Shown here: positions 34,319-46,010 of the stretch, one piece after another | Layout: the number at the start of each line of letters is the position of its first letter | Position numbering within the stretch: position 1 is the first letter of the stretch | Source of the DNA: Heteronotia binoei | Taxonomy: Eukaryota | Assembly (NCBI RefSeq): GCF_032191835.1 | Contig: NC_083233.1 | Location: 53,444,001-53,508,000, forward strand | Length of the DNA stretch: 64,000 nt | Reading direction: 5' to 3' | Notes under the pieces: generated by a model | Databases searched by the model: none | Told to the model about the DNA's origin: nothing | The model's input: the letters and a program-made list of their open reading frames with translations, nothing else | Translations under genes and position numbers: made by a program

Positions 34319-36057
34319 CACCAGCATGGGAACAGGTTTGTGTGGCTGGCTACACATACAGCAGAGAGGCAATAGGGGGCTTCCATGCGTAGTGGTTAAG
34401 TGTGCAGACTCTTATCTGGGAGAATCGGGTTTGATTCCCCACTCCTCCACATACACCTGCTGATGTCACTTTCAGTCAGCCACAAGTTCTCTCAAGAGTG
34501 TTCTGCTCAAGAGCAGTTCTGGGAGAGCTCTCTCAGCCCCACGTACCTCACAGGGTGTCTGTTGTGGGGAGAGAAAGGGAAAGGAGATTGTAAACTGCTC
34601 TGAGACTCCTTTGGCTAGTGAAGGGCGGGGCATAAATCCAATCTCTTCTCTTCTTCTTCTGGTGGACTAGTAGCCACCATCTCCCCTAGGCTTTTCCATT
34701 TCTATTTTTAAATTGCCAATTTCATATTGTTTCATTGATATACAGTTATAGCAATAAATGTAATGAATTCTGTGAATATGTGGCCTTCTTTTTTTAATGT
34801 CTCTAGTCTCTTCCACTGCAGAAGTATGCCTTTATGTCTTTGCAACAGAAAAGTTAAAGACTTACCAATTTTTAAAAAATAAAAGCTGGGAACCCACTGC
34901 ACTTGTTGTAGCAGTATATCAATAGAAGGGTAACAAGTTTCAGATTTTAGAAAAAAACAGTGGGTGATGGGTGAGCATGTGGCCACTAGGAAATGGCCAG
35001 GAAGAATGGCTACCGTGTGGATGAGTAAACCCAAAGTTCCCCACCCACATGGCAGTCATCTAGGCATTGTTGAGATCTTTTCCAAAATATCATAGAAAAG
35101 TCAGGGAAACACTGGCAAGTGCACAAATGTACTGCAGCCCTATGGAAAAGGCTGCAGGGAAGGGGGGGGGGGAACCATACTTGCAACAGCATTGAACCTG
35201 GGGCACATAATTTGGGCAGGATTCATCAAAAGAACCAAAGGCAGGCAACTTAGAAGGGACAAGTCAATATGTCAAGAGGTATTTTGCATCCTGCACAATT
35301 CAGATCCAAACAGAGAAGTATGCCTTAAACAGTCTGTTTCAGCGGTGATTTAAGAAATGAAGATGTTTCCCACAACCAACATGCAACCCTGGAGTCAGCT
35401 TCCAGGGGGAAGAGAGGAGGTCCCTCCCTTCATCCACGTCCTGAAGCCAGTTCCTGTGTTGGAGGATACACATAGTCGTCCTACCCACACACGTGAATAC
35501 CTCAATACCTCATTCTGATCTCCTCCCTTCACCTCCCAAATGTAACTAGACTTCTGCAAGTAGGGCAATGCACTCTCAGGGCACCATCAGTACCCCACTT
35601 ATTTAAGTTAGGGTTGCCAAATTCCAGGTGAGGACTGGAGATCTCCAGACTATAGAGGAAATCAGTTCCAACAGAGGAAAATGGCAGCTTCGGAGGGCAA
35701 ACTCTACTACGGTATACCATTGAATCTAGGAGAAATGAAAGTCCTAGTAACATCACAACCCTGCTGAGTTCCCTCTCCTCTCTAAGCTCCACCCTCCCCT
35801 GAGAATGGGTTGGCAGCCTCCCGGAGATCTCCCGCTTTTACAGCTGATCTCCAGCTGACAGAGATCAGCTCCCTTGAGGCCCCTCCCTTCTCCAAAGTCC
35901 ACCCTCTCCTGGAGCCACGCCCAAGGTTTCCAGGTATTTTCCAACTCAGACCTGGCAACTCTACCCAGGATCCCACCCCCATCCCCATTCTCCAGGAATT
36001 TCCCAAGAAATAGTTGGCAACCCTTAAGTAGCTTGTTCAGCAGCAATGGAAAGGAAG

Positions 36058-38500
36058 TACATAAGAACATAAGAGAAGCCATGTTGGATCAGGCCAATGG
36101 CCCATCCAGTCCAACACTCTGTGTCACACAGTGGCAAAAAAATTATATATACACACACACAGTGGCTAATAGCCACTGATGGACCTGTGGTCCATATTTT
36201 TATCTAAACCCCTCTTGAAGGTGGCTATACTTGTGGCCGCCACCACCTCCTGTGGCAGTGAATTCCACATGTTAATCACCCTTTGGGTGAAAAAGTACTT
36301 CCTTTTATCCGTTTTAACCTGACTGCTCAGCAATTTCATCGAATGCCCACGAGTTCTTGTATTGTGAGAAAGGGAGAAAAGTACTTCTTTCTCTACTTTC
36401 TCCATCCCATGCATTATCTTGTAAACCTCTATCATGTCACCCCGCAGTCGACGTTTCTCCAAGCTAAAGAGTCCCAAGCGTTTCAACCTTTCTTCATAGG
36501 GAAAGTGCTCCAGCCCTTTAATCATTCTAGTTGCCATTTTCTGGACTTTCTCCAATGCTATAATATCCTTTTTGAGGTGCGGCGACACAGTACTCCAAAT
36601 GAGACCGCACCATCGATTTATACAGGGGCATTATGATACTGGCTGATTTGTTATCAATTCCCTTCCTAATAATTCCCAGCATGGCGTTGGCCTTTTTTAT
36701 TGCAATCGCACACTGTCTTGACATTTTCAGTGAGTTATCTACCACGACCCCAAGATCTGTCTCTTGGTCAGTCTCTGCCAGTTCACACCCCATCAACTTG
36801 TATTTGTAGCTGGGATTCTTGGACTCCAATATGCATTACTTTGCACTTGGCCACATTGAACCTCATCTGCCATGTTGACGCCCACTCACCCAGCCTCAAC
36901 AGATCCCTTTGGAGTGCCTCACAATCCTCTCTGGTTCTCAGCACCCTGAACAATTTAGTGTCATCTGTGAACTTGGCCACTTCACTGCTCACTCCCAACT
37001 CCAAATCATTTATGAACAAGTTAAAGAGCATGGGACCCAGTACTGAGCCCTGCGGCACCCCACTGCTTACCGTCCTCCACTGCGAAGACTGCCCATTTAT
37101 ACTCACTCTCTGCTTCCTATTAATCAGCCAGTTTTTGATCCACAAGAGGACCTATCCTTTTACTCCATGACTCTCGAGCTTTCTAAGGAGCTTTTGATGA
37201 GGAACTTTATCAAAAGCTTTCTGGAAAACAGGTTAGTGAGGCAAGATCTTCCCTTACAGAACCCATGCTGAGTCTTCCTCAATAACCCTTGTTCATCAAT
37301 GTGCTTACTCATTCTGTCCTTGATAATGGTTTCTACCAACTTTCCCAGTATTGAAGTCAGACTGACTGGCCTGTAATTTCCCGGCTCTCCTCTGGAACCC
37401 TTTTTAAAGATGGGGGTGACATTCGCTACCTTCCAGTCCTCAGGAATGGAGGCAGATTTCAATGAAAGATTACAGATTTTTGTCAGAAGATCCACAAGTT
37501 CAACTTTGAGTTCTTTCAGAACTCTTGGATGTATGCCATCCGGACCTGGTAACTTATTCGTTTTTAATTTGTCTATCAGTTGTAGGACCTCCTCTCTTGT
37601 CACCTCAATCTGACTCAGGCCTGTGTCAACACCCCTTCCAAAATTAGTGGTTCTGGAGCGGGCAAACACTTCTCATCTTCCACAGTGAAGACGGAGACAA
37701 AAAATGCATTCAGCTTCTCAGCCATTTCCCTATCCTCCTTCAGTAATCCTTTTACCACTTGGTCATCCAAGGACCTCACTGCCTCCCTGGCTGGTTTCCT
37801 GCTTCTAATATATTTGAAGAAATTTTTATTGTTGGTCTTTAGGTTTTTTGCAATATGCTCCCCATAGTCCCTTTTTGCCTGCCTGATCACAGTCTTGCAT
37901 TTGATTTGCCACAGCCTGTGTTCCCTTTTATTAATCTCACTTGGACTGGTTTTCCACCGCTTAAAGGAGTCCTTCTTACCTTTTACAGCTACCATTACTT
38001 AGTTTGTTAACCATGCAGGCCTTTTCTTATACCTGTTTGTGCCTTTCCTAACTTGTGGTATATATTTTATCTGAGCTTCTAGGATTGTAGTTTTAAATAG
38101 CCTCCAAGCTTCCCCAAGGGTTTTGACTGTATTTACCTTTCCTTTCAGTTTCTTCTTCACATGCCTCCTCATCTCAGAGAATTTACCCTTTTTAAAGTTA
38201 AACGTGGTTGTGCCGGTCTTTTGGGGCAACTCCCTATTTCTACAAATGGTGAAATCAATAACGTTATGGTCACTGCTCCCAAGCGGTGCGATCACTTTTA
38301 CATTTCTCATCAAGTCTTGGGCATTACTTAGGACCAAATCCAGGATCGCCCCACCCCTGGTAGGTTCTGAGACCATCTGCTCCATAGCACAGTCATTGAG
38401 AGCATCTAGAAACTCAATTTCTTTCTCTCGACCAGAACACATATTGACCCAATCAATCTGCGGGTAGTTAAAATCACATATTACGACAGTTTCTACGTTT
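36058..38500 (-). mobile_element. CR1 LINE, 5'-truncated and disrupted ORF2
   Basis: (ttcttatg)n-type 3' tail at 36058; APE end (DFNYPQIDW..LGSSDH), WKVANVTPIFKKG, GVPQGSVLGPMLFNLFIND, FTDDTK; frameshifts and an internal deletion near 37240. Confidence 0.95.
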
Positions 38501-39218
38501 AGCCGCTATCTTTAATTCTTCCATCGTAAAGCCCATGAAGAATGCCTTTCTCTCCTTTGACTAATTATAACCAACTCTCCCTTCCCCAATTTGACACTGG
38601 GTTGGATCCACCACCTTTTTGTTGCTCATTCTCATGGTTTTATGCACCTTAACTACACCCCCTATAGTTTTCTTCCATCTAGGACCAATGATTCCCACCT
38701 TAGTCGTTTTGCTGCCTCCTCCCATTTTCATCAGGAGAAAAGCAGGTTGGTTGGAGCCAACCAGTTTACAGCATTAACTTCCAAGACAGGCAAGTCATCT
38801 TCCAGGTTACTGGGCTGGGCTAGTGTGCATCAGGGTGGTTAATGGAGAATTTCAGCAAGTTCAAACTTTTTTTTTTTAAGTCAGTGATTTCTATATACGT
38901 CTAACGTTGCTTTATTGTCACTTTAATCTTGTAAACTAGCTTGGGCGTGGGGGGTGTATAATTTTTTAATATTCTCCGACTTCATTGTTGTTTTTTCCCC
39001 ATGGAAGGAATTCTGCACGTGCTCAGAGACAGGGCAGGTCAAAACAGCCGGCTATGCAGCCCGAAAGGCGGCAAACCGTACTAAATCATGGGGCGCAACT
39101 GCAGAGATACGTCTGGACCCACGAAGGCCTTCAAGTACAAAAAGTACGGGAGGGGATTTCATACAAAAGGTCACCTGCCTAGAATCCCGCTTTCTGCTGC
39201 CCCCCTCCCTCCCCTTAC

Positions 39219-39295
39219 CTGAAAAGCACCAGCTCCTGGCTTGACCGAGGCTGGAAGAAAGTGACGACGGGGCGAGGGCCGTCCTTGCCGTCCAT
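39219..39295 (-). CDS. C5orf52: C5orf52 homologue, exon 1 (MDGKDGPRPVVTFFQPRSSQELVLF)
   Basis: ATG in good Kozak context (gcaATGG) with an in-frame TGA upstream; donor AG|gtaagg, phase 2; resembles human C5orf52 QPQICFPRPRSAQQPVLFS as recalled. Confidence 0.82.
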
Positions 39296-39405
39296 TGCTC
39301 ACCCGCCAGTTCTTGAGGCGGCCCGCCCGTGTTGTGCTGTGCCGAGCCGTGGCGAGCCGCGCCAGGAGGCGGGGGAGAGGGTCACAATGGCCTCAGGCCT
39401 CCGCG

Positions 39406-39419
39406 GTTGCCCTGGAAAC
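39406..39419. promoter_or_regulatory. RFX X-box GTTGCCCTGGAAAC
   Basis: Close match to the RFX palindrome GTTGCC-AT-GGNAAC, embedded in the 20-bp near-palindrome GCGGTTGCCCTGGAAACCGC, about 110 bp upstream of the C5orf52 ATG. Confidence 0.65.
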
Positions 39420-39949
39420 CGCCGGCGGGCTGGAAAGCCGCTGGCTTTTTCTTGCTGCTGCTGCTGCTGCCGCGGTGTGGAGAAGGGAGCAAGACCGGAG
39501 CAGGAAGCTTCAGGGACGGGTGGGGGTAAGAAGATTGGCCCCCCGCCCCGGGGCAGAAAGGTGCCAAAGCTGGGAATGTGGGGGGCGGGGTCATAAGATG
39601 CATGACACACGTTAAGATCTCTTCCCCAGACTTCTTTCCCCGGAGGTGACTTTGGCTGGGTGGGGTAAGGAAGGGGGGAGGTATTGGCAAAGAGGGGGAA
39701 ATAGATCATCCATGTTTAGAGGCAGTCTAAGAAGACGACGACTGCAGATTTATACCCCGCCCTTCTCTCTGAATCAGAGCGGCTTACAATCTCCTATATC
39801 TTCTCCCCCCACAACAGACACTCTGTGAGGTGGGTGGGGCTGAGAGGGCTCTCACGGCAGCTGCCCTTTTAAGGACAACTCCTACGAGAGCTATGGCTGA
39901 CCCAAGGCCATTCCAGCAGATGCAAGTGGAGGAGTGGGGAATCAAATCC

Positions 39950-40132
39950 CAGGGCCGGATCTGGGGTGGGGGAGAGGTGGGTGCTTGCCCCAGGAGCTGA
40001 TGGGGGGGGGGGGCGTGCGCCAAATTGGGTACGGAGTTCATTGTGTTTTATGGGACCATAAGACAGAATGGCCATAAGGAGGTGCCATTTTTAATTTTGC
40101 CCCCCCTCAAAAAACATGTAGATCCGGTCCAG
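39950..40132. mobile_element. hAT-type MITE nested in a SINE
   Basis: CAGGGCCGGATCT...AGATCCGGTCCAG, 8-bp TSD tcaaatcc. Confidence 0.85.
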
Positions 40133-40899
40133 TCAAATCCACTTCTCCCAGATAAGATTCCGCACACTTAACCACTACACCAAACCACTACCACCTCTGA
40201 ATATCAGATATATAAGAGGGGGAAAGCAAGAGGGAAAGGGCTCTTCGCCTTTGTGCTCTGCTCGTATTTAGCTAGTTACTGGCTATACATCCGATCCAGG
40301 AAGACAGTGCTTGTGGAATCGCAGCCCAGCCTCCAGATGATTTATAGCATATGTGGCTTTAAAGGTCAGGGACTGTAATATACACACAGAGCTATAATAA
40401 GCTGTGAGAAATGGAATCTACATCTATATATGCTGGGGGAGCAACACCAGGAGGGTGCTGTTGTCTTTGTGCCCTGCATTCAGATTCCAGGAGTCATCTG
40501 GCTGGTCGATAATGGAGACTGGATACTGGAACAGATGCGCCTTTGACCTGATCACAGGTCCTCCCCCTCTTCTTTTAGTGCATATTAATTCAGGACCACT
40601 GAGTGCTTTGTTCCTTTTCCCACATCTGGAGTATAACCACAGAACTAAACCCAGTCATCTCCTGTTTTACCTCCTGATTGCTCAAACATTCATATGTGCA
40701 CACAAGTAGTGTACATTGAGAAGGGCTCAACAGAATTTTTAGTGTCGTGATGTGTGGAAAAGCCACAGCTGTGTCTGGACAAAACCACCTGTTAGTCCAA
40801 CATAGGCTGTTTGGTAGTGTAGCTTTGGGACTCAGAGTGCTATACTGAAAGCACTTTTCTGAGAATCAATCTTGTGGAGTATTGTTGTTGTTTGCCTCA

Positions 40900-41330
40900 T
40901 CCCAGCCAATGCCGGGTTCTAGGTGATGTACAACAAGAAATACACATAAAATCAGTAAAACCAGTAATTTAAAACAGTTGCAACCCAATGAACATACTTT
41001 ATGTGCTGTAATTCTGCTTTCTAGGCATTGGGAGCAGTCCCCCCCTTAAGAGGAGGGGGGAAGGGGGGTGTCAGCCCAGCAGACGTTGCTGTCCTCAAGC
41101 AAAAGCCTGGTGGAACATATCTGCTTTACAATTGTAAAAGATCTCGCAGGGCCCTGGTGTCTTCCGGCAGAGAGTTGCACCAGGTCGGGGCCAGGACTGA
41201 AAAAGTCCTGGCCCTCGTTGAGGACAGCCAGACCTCTTTAGGGCCAGGGATCACCAGTAGATTGACCAGTAAAGTGTAGTGCTCTTCCAGGGACATAGTG
41301 GAGGAGGCGGTCCTGTAGACACAAGTACAA
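40900..41330 (-). mobile_element. L2 3' fragment
   Basis: PGPKEVWLSSTRARTFSVLAPTWCNSLPEDTRALRDL, an L2 ORF2 C-terminal motif. Confidence 0.75.
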
Positions 41331-42642
41331 TAGGATTGCTCCCAGAGAACTGGAAGTGTGGACCAGTTCCTCTCTACTTCAGATCTCCCTTGCACTGTTG
41401 TCGGAATGAATCATTATGGTCTTTAATCCATTTTATCCTTGTTCACAGAAACATCAATAAATACAAATGCAGTCAGGAAAAGAAATCGGAAGACTACATT
41501 TTAATATACATTTCATGCAGGTTTTTTTATGAAATATATAATGTATATTAAAATATAATCTTATTTCTTTTGGAGACAGAACGTGTAGTGATTAGAGAGC
41601 ATCATCCTAGAATCTGTAAAGAAGAGCAGGAGTCCAGTAGCACCTTAAAGACTAAAATAATTGTGGCAAGGGATGACCTTTAGTAAATCACAGCTCAGCT
41701 CACTTCTGAAGAGGTATCTGAAGACTCATGAAAGCTCATCCCTTGCCACAAATTTTATTAGTCTTTAAGATGCTACTTGACTCCTGCTCCTTTCTGCTGC
41801 TACAGACAAACACAGCTACTCATCTTGATACTAAGATCTGGGAGACCCAGGTTCAGATCTGCATTGTGCCATGGAAGCCTGCTGGGTGATGTTGAGCCAG
41901 TCACATCTTACATTCAGCCAAACCTACCTCACAGGGTTGTTGTGACAATGGAATGGAGAAGAGGAGGAAGATGTAAGATGCTTTGGGTCTCCACTGGGGA
42001 GAAAGGAGAGGGTATAAGTGGAGAAGATAAATAAGATGAAGGTCATCAAAGATTTCAGGTTTTCACGGCTGGTAACATCATTAGGGTTTGTAGAATCTTT
42101 TGGGATCAAGTGCCGTGTTCTACTGGAGAACACTTCTACTTCCTGACTCACTGGAGAACACGGCACTTGATCCCAAAAGATTCTACAAACCCTAAAGATG
42201 AAGGTCCTTGGCTCTCCAATGGGACACAATTGCATTCCCCTATCTCCTGCCTATTGTCCTAACAACAACCCTATGAGGTAAGTTAGGCTGAGAGGGAGTG
42301 ACTGGCCCAAGGTTGCCCAGTAAGATTCCATGGTAAAGTGGGGACTCTTATCCCAATCTTCCATATCCTACTCTGATATTCTAACCACATCAACAATCAG
42401 CACCATAATTTTGGTACTGGCAGCAGTTTTTTCTTCACCTAGCCTCATTGACTTGGCTGCCAGCTCTGTGTAGGGTTTCCTTTGGGGATTATGTATGCTC
42501 TTGTGAGCCATCCAGTTCTCATAGTTCATGTGATTATGCACCTGCAACTTCACTGATCGCCTTCCTGTTTGAACTGTAATGGAATTGTACCAAGACTATT
42601 ATGGATTCTCTCTTCTCCATGCAATCAGAGATTGGAATGGAG

Positions 42643-42778
42643 CAGGGGTGGCCAACGGTAGCTCTCCAGATGTGTTTTGTCTACAACTCCCATCAGCCCA
42701 AGCCAGCATGGCCAATGGCTGGGGCTGATGGGAGTTGTAGGCAAAAAATGTCTGTAGAGCTACCGTTGGCCACCCCTG
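42643..42778. mobile_element. Palindromic hAT-type MITE
   Basis: CAGGGGTGGCCAACGGTAGCTCT...AGAGCTACCGTTGGCCACCCCTG; TSD not retained. Confidence 0.8.
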
Positions 42779-44475
42779 GAGTATAGGAACGTTGAGACTA
42801 GCCTCTTTCATTACATTGTACCTTCTTTTTAGGAGCACTTCTTGTGAACTTCCAGGTGGTCATCAAGCCCTGGAGGCATGCGAAGCTCTCAAGGAGACAC
42901 ACTCTAAAGGTACCATTTCTGACTCATCCACTCCCTGCTGTTTCAAAAGACTTCCTTGCAAGGGGGCTTGCCTCGTTTTTCATGCTGCTGCAAAAGTTAC
43001 AGCCACTCCCCTTTTGCACAACCTGCATCTTGTCATGGGAAAGCTCAGCTCAGCTGCAGGCATAGCCCCTTTACCCTATCTGGTTGCCAAAATAGTGGTG
43101 GCGTTTGGTGATCATAAACCCAACCTTCCCGATTTGAGAGACAGCACTTGTACATGGATCTTTGCAAGTCAGTGATGAGGAAAGAAATAGCTTTGTTGCA
43201 GAAGGAAGATTTACTGAATCTTAAAATTTGGACTAATTACAAGGGATTTCCTTTTGTGAAGTTTCAAGACTTGTTTCTTTTTTCTCTCTTTTAAGCATAT
43301 GTCTAAGACCAGCATGCACATGATGTCCACGGAAAAAGCTTCCTGACTCACTGTCCGAAGGCTACAGTAGAAGCCAGCACTATTTGGCTAGTGGTTATAC
43401 AGGTATACAGAGAGCAGCTCAAAAGATGGCAATAGAGATACTGTGTGGCAGCACAGCTGGAGAAGGATTTATATCATGAGTTTATTGTGATCATGGTTTT
43501 ATTTTCAGTTACTGTGTACAGTGTTAAGTTTTGGCAAGAGCCTTGCTGGATCAGACCAATGAGCTATGCAGTTTATTACCCTGTTTCCCCACAGTTCCAA
43601 CAGATGGCCCCAGAAAGCTTGCAAAACAGGAAATGGAGGTCAAAGCCTAGCCCCAACACTGGGTATTAGAGGTACACTGCCTCTGAACATGGAAGTTCCA
43701 TTTAGCAATCAGTAGACTTATTCTCCATTAATTTGTCTAATCCTTTTTTAAAAAACCATCTAAGTTAGTAACCATCACTATCCTCTGGCTGTGAGCTCCA
43801 TACATTAATTGTGTAAATCTACTAGGAAAGAAATTATGTACTGCTGTCTATTGTAAATCTGCTGCCCATAGTTTTATTGGGTGGCCCTGCATTCTGATTT
43901 CATCAGCTAGGAAGAAAAAGGTTATCTTTATCAACTTTCTCACCACCACACATAATTTAATAAAGTTCTATTCCCACAGCCATTTCTTATAAAATTCAGA
44001 TGCGTAGTCATGTTGGTCTGAAGCGGCAAAACAAAGTGACAGTCCAGTGGCACCTTGAAAACCAACGAAGTTTTATTCAAAGTTTTATTGAAAACCAACA
44101 AAGTTTTTGTGTGCACGAGTGCTTCCTCAGATCTGCTGGTGTGTCTGTGCACGTGAAAGCTCATACTTTGAATGAAACTTTGTAGGTCTTAAAGGTGCCA
44201 CTGTTCCATTTCTTATAAGAAAGCACATCAGTCAATGAAAAAATATTTAACTGATTGACAACTCCAAACATTTGCAAATCTGAAACTGGAAACTGAAATA
44301 TGTTTTATGTTGTTTGTGGGAGGAGGTATTTGGAGCAGAATTTAATATTAGAATTTTAAAAAACAGAAAGCTTTAGAAAAGAATTAGGTTGAAAAAAATT
44401 ATTTTAGATAAGACAGTTTCAGAGGGTAGCTGTGTCAGTCTGCAGAAGAACAGTTAGATTTGAGTCCAGTAGCTC

Positions 44476-45140
44476 ATAGAACCATAGAATCATAGAGTTG
44501 GAAGGGACCTCCAGCGTCATCCAGTCCAACCCCCTGCACAATGCCTCTGAACATGGAGGTTCCATTTAGCAATCAGTAGACTTATCCTCCATTAATTTAA
44601 TTAACTTATCCTACCCCTGCCCTTCCTCTCATGATCTGCCTAGGTTCACAGAATCAGCACTGATTTCAGATGGCCATCTAGCCTCTCTTTAAAAACCTCT
44701 ATAAAGGAGAGCCCAACACCTCCCAAGGAAGCATGTTCCACCGAGGAACCACTCTGTCAGGAAGTTCTTCCTAAATCCCACCTCCTCCTGAGGAAGTCTG
44801 TTCCACTGAGGAACCACTTTAACTGTCAGGAAGTTCTTCCTAATGTTTAGCCGAATTTAATTTCAACTCGTTGGTTCTGGTCTGACCTTCTGGAGTGACA
44901 GAGAACACCATCCTCTATATAACATCCCTTCAAGTAGTTGAAGATGGTGATAATATTTATCTCAGTCATCTCCTCTCCAAGCTAAACATACCCAGCTCCT
45001 TCAGCCTTTCCTCATAGGAGTTGGTCTCCAGACCTGTCACCATCTTTGTTGCCCTCCTCTGGACACAAAACAGTTTGTCTATATCCTTCTTAAATTGTGG
45101 TGTCCAAAACTGAACACAATACTCTAGGTGAGGTGTAACC
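44476..45140 (-). mobile_element. CR1 3' fragment inserted into a Penelope-like repeat
   Basis: catagaatcatagagttggaagggacc tail; the gagtccagtagc...ttagagaccaac repeat resumes at about 45145. Confidence 0.75.
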
Positions 45141-45443
45141 TGAGCTTCTTAGAGACCAACAAGATTTTTGGGGTATAAGCTTTCAAGAGTCAGATCTGAC
45201 TAAGGGAAGTTTGACTGTAGAAAGCTGGAAGACTTGTTGGTCTCTAAGATGCTACTGGACTGGAATCTGTTTTAGAGAACTATCTTTTGGAGCCAAGGGA
45301 AATTCACTGATGTTAGTAATGGGGCAGGAATGGAATCCTACATTTGTTTCTCTGCCCAAACTACAACAGCTTCTCTTTATACTTCTTAGCCAGCAAGCAA
45401 CCATGATGCCCTCCATTGTAGCTGAGGTCTAAAGTTTGCCTTA

Positions 45444-46010
45444 ATGAATACAGCCTTCGGACTCATCCCCCTCCTATTCAGGCATCCGTCTTCCTATGGC
45501 CTGTCCCGGATCACCAGCAGCCTGTACCTCAGCGATGGGGAGGCTGCCAACAACAAGCTCTTCCTCTATGCCAACCAGATCACCACTGTTATCAATGTTT
45601 CCGTGGAGGTGGTCAACACCTATTTCCCAGGCATTTACTACATTCACGTTCCTGTCGCCGATACTCCCTCAGCCTGCCTTTATGACTTCTTTGACCCTGT
45701 AGCCGATAAGATTCACGCAGTGGACTTAAACGAAGGCCGCACCCTGCTGCACTGCGCCGCAGGCGTCAGCCGCTCCGCTGCCCTTTGCATGGCCTACCTG
45801 ATGAAGTACCGTTCGATGTCTCTGGCCAGCGCACACTCTTGGGTCAAGACCTGCCGTCCCATCATCCGGCCCAACGTCGGCTTCTGGCAACAGCTCATTC
45901 AGTACGAGGATAAACTCTTTGGGAAGACCACTGTCAGGATGATTCATTCTCCACTAGGGATGATTCCTGATCTCTACCAAAACGAAATCAGGGAAATGAT
46001 ATCCTTCTGA
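45444..46010 (+). CDS. DUSP18: Dual specificity phosphatase 18 (atypical DUSP, DUSP18/21 type), single coding exon, 188 aa
   Basis: Catalytic HCAAGVSRS; N-terminus FRHPSSYGLSRITSSLYLSDGEAANNKL..NQITTVINVSVEVVNT fits DUSP18 rather than DUSP14; acceptor cttcttag| at 45389. Confidence 0.93.
   Translation: MNTAFGLIPLLFRHPSSYGLSRITSSLYLSDGEAANNKLFLYANQITTVINVSVEVVNTYFPGIYYIHVPVADTPSACLYDFFDPVADKIHAVDLNEGRTLLHCAAGVSRSAALCMAYLMKYRSMSLASAHSWVKTCRPIIRPNVGFWQQLIQYEDKLFGKTTVRMIHSPLGMIPDLYQNEIREMISF

Larger units (their letters stand above)
39030..39560. promoter_or_regulatory. CpG island / bidirectional promoter of C5orf52 (-) and DUSP18 (+)
   Basis: Dense CpG cluster, GC boxes (gccccgccccggg at about 39538), short (CTG)n; + strand donor gtaaga at 39526 could end a non-coding DUSP18 exon 1. 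Confidence 0.75.

Noticed and set aside
36166-38467. Several 100-170 aa ORFs as host genes
   Set aside because: They are frameshifted pieces of one CR1 ORF2 or its antisense shadow; part of the RT motif region is deleted.
39261-39709. Multiple 100-136 aa ORFs over the CpG island
   Set aside because: GC-driven open frames; only the 77-nt minus-strand segment 39295-39219 has homology and splice support.
45444-46010. Identification as DUSP14, given the adjacent synergin-like gene
   Set aside because: Length (188 aa) and N-terminal motifs (AANNKL, NQIT, INVSVEVVNT) are DUSP18/21-type, not DUSP14-type.
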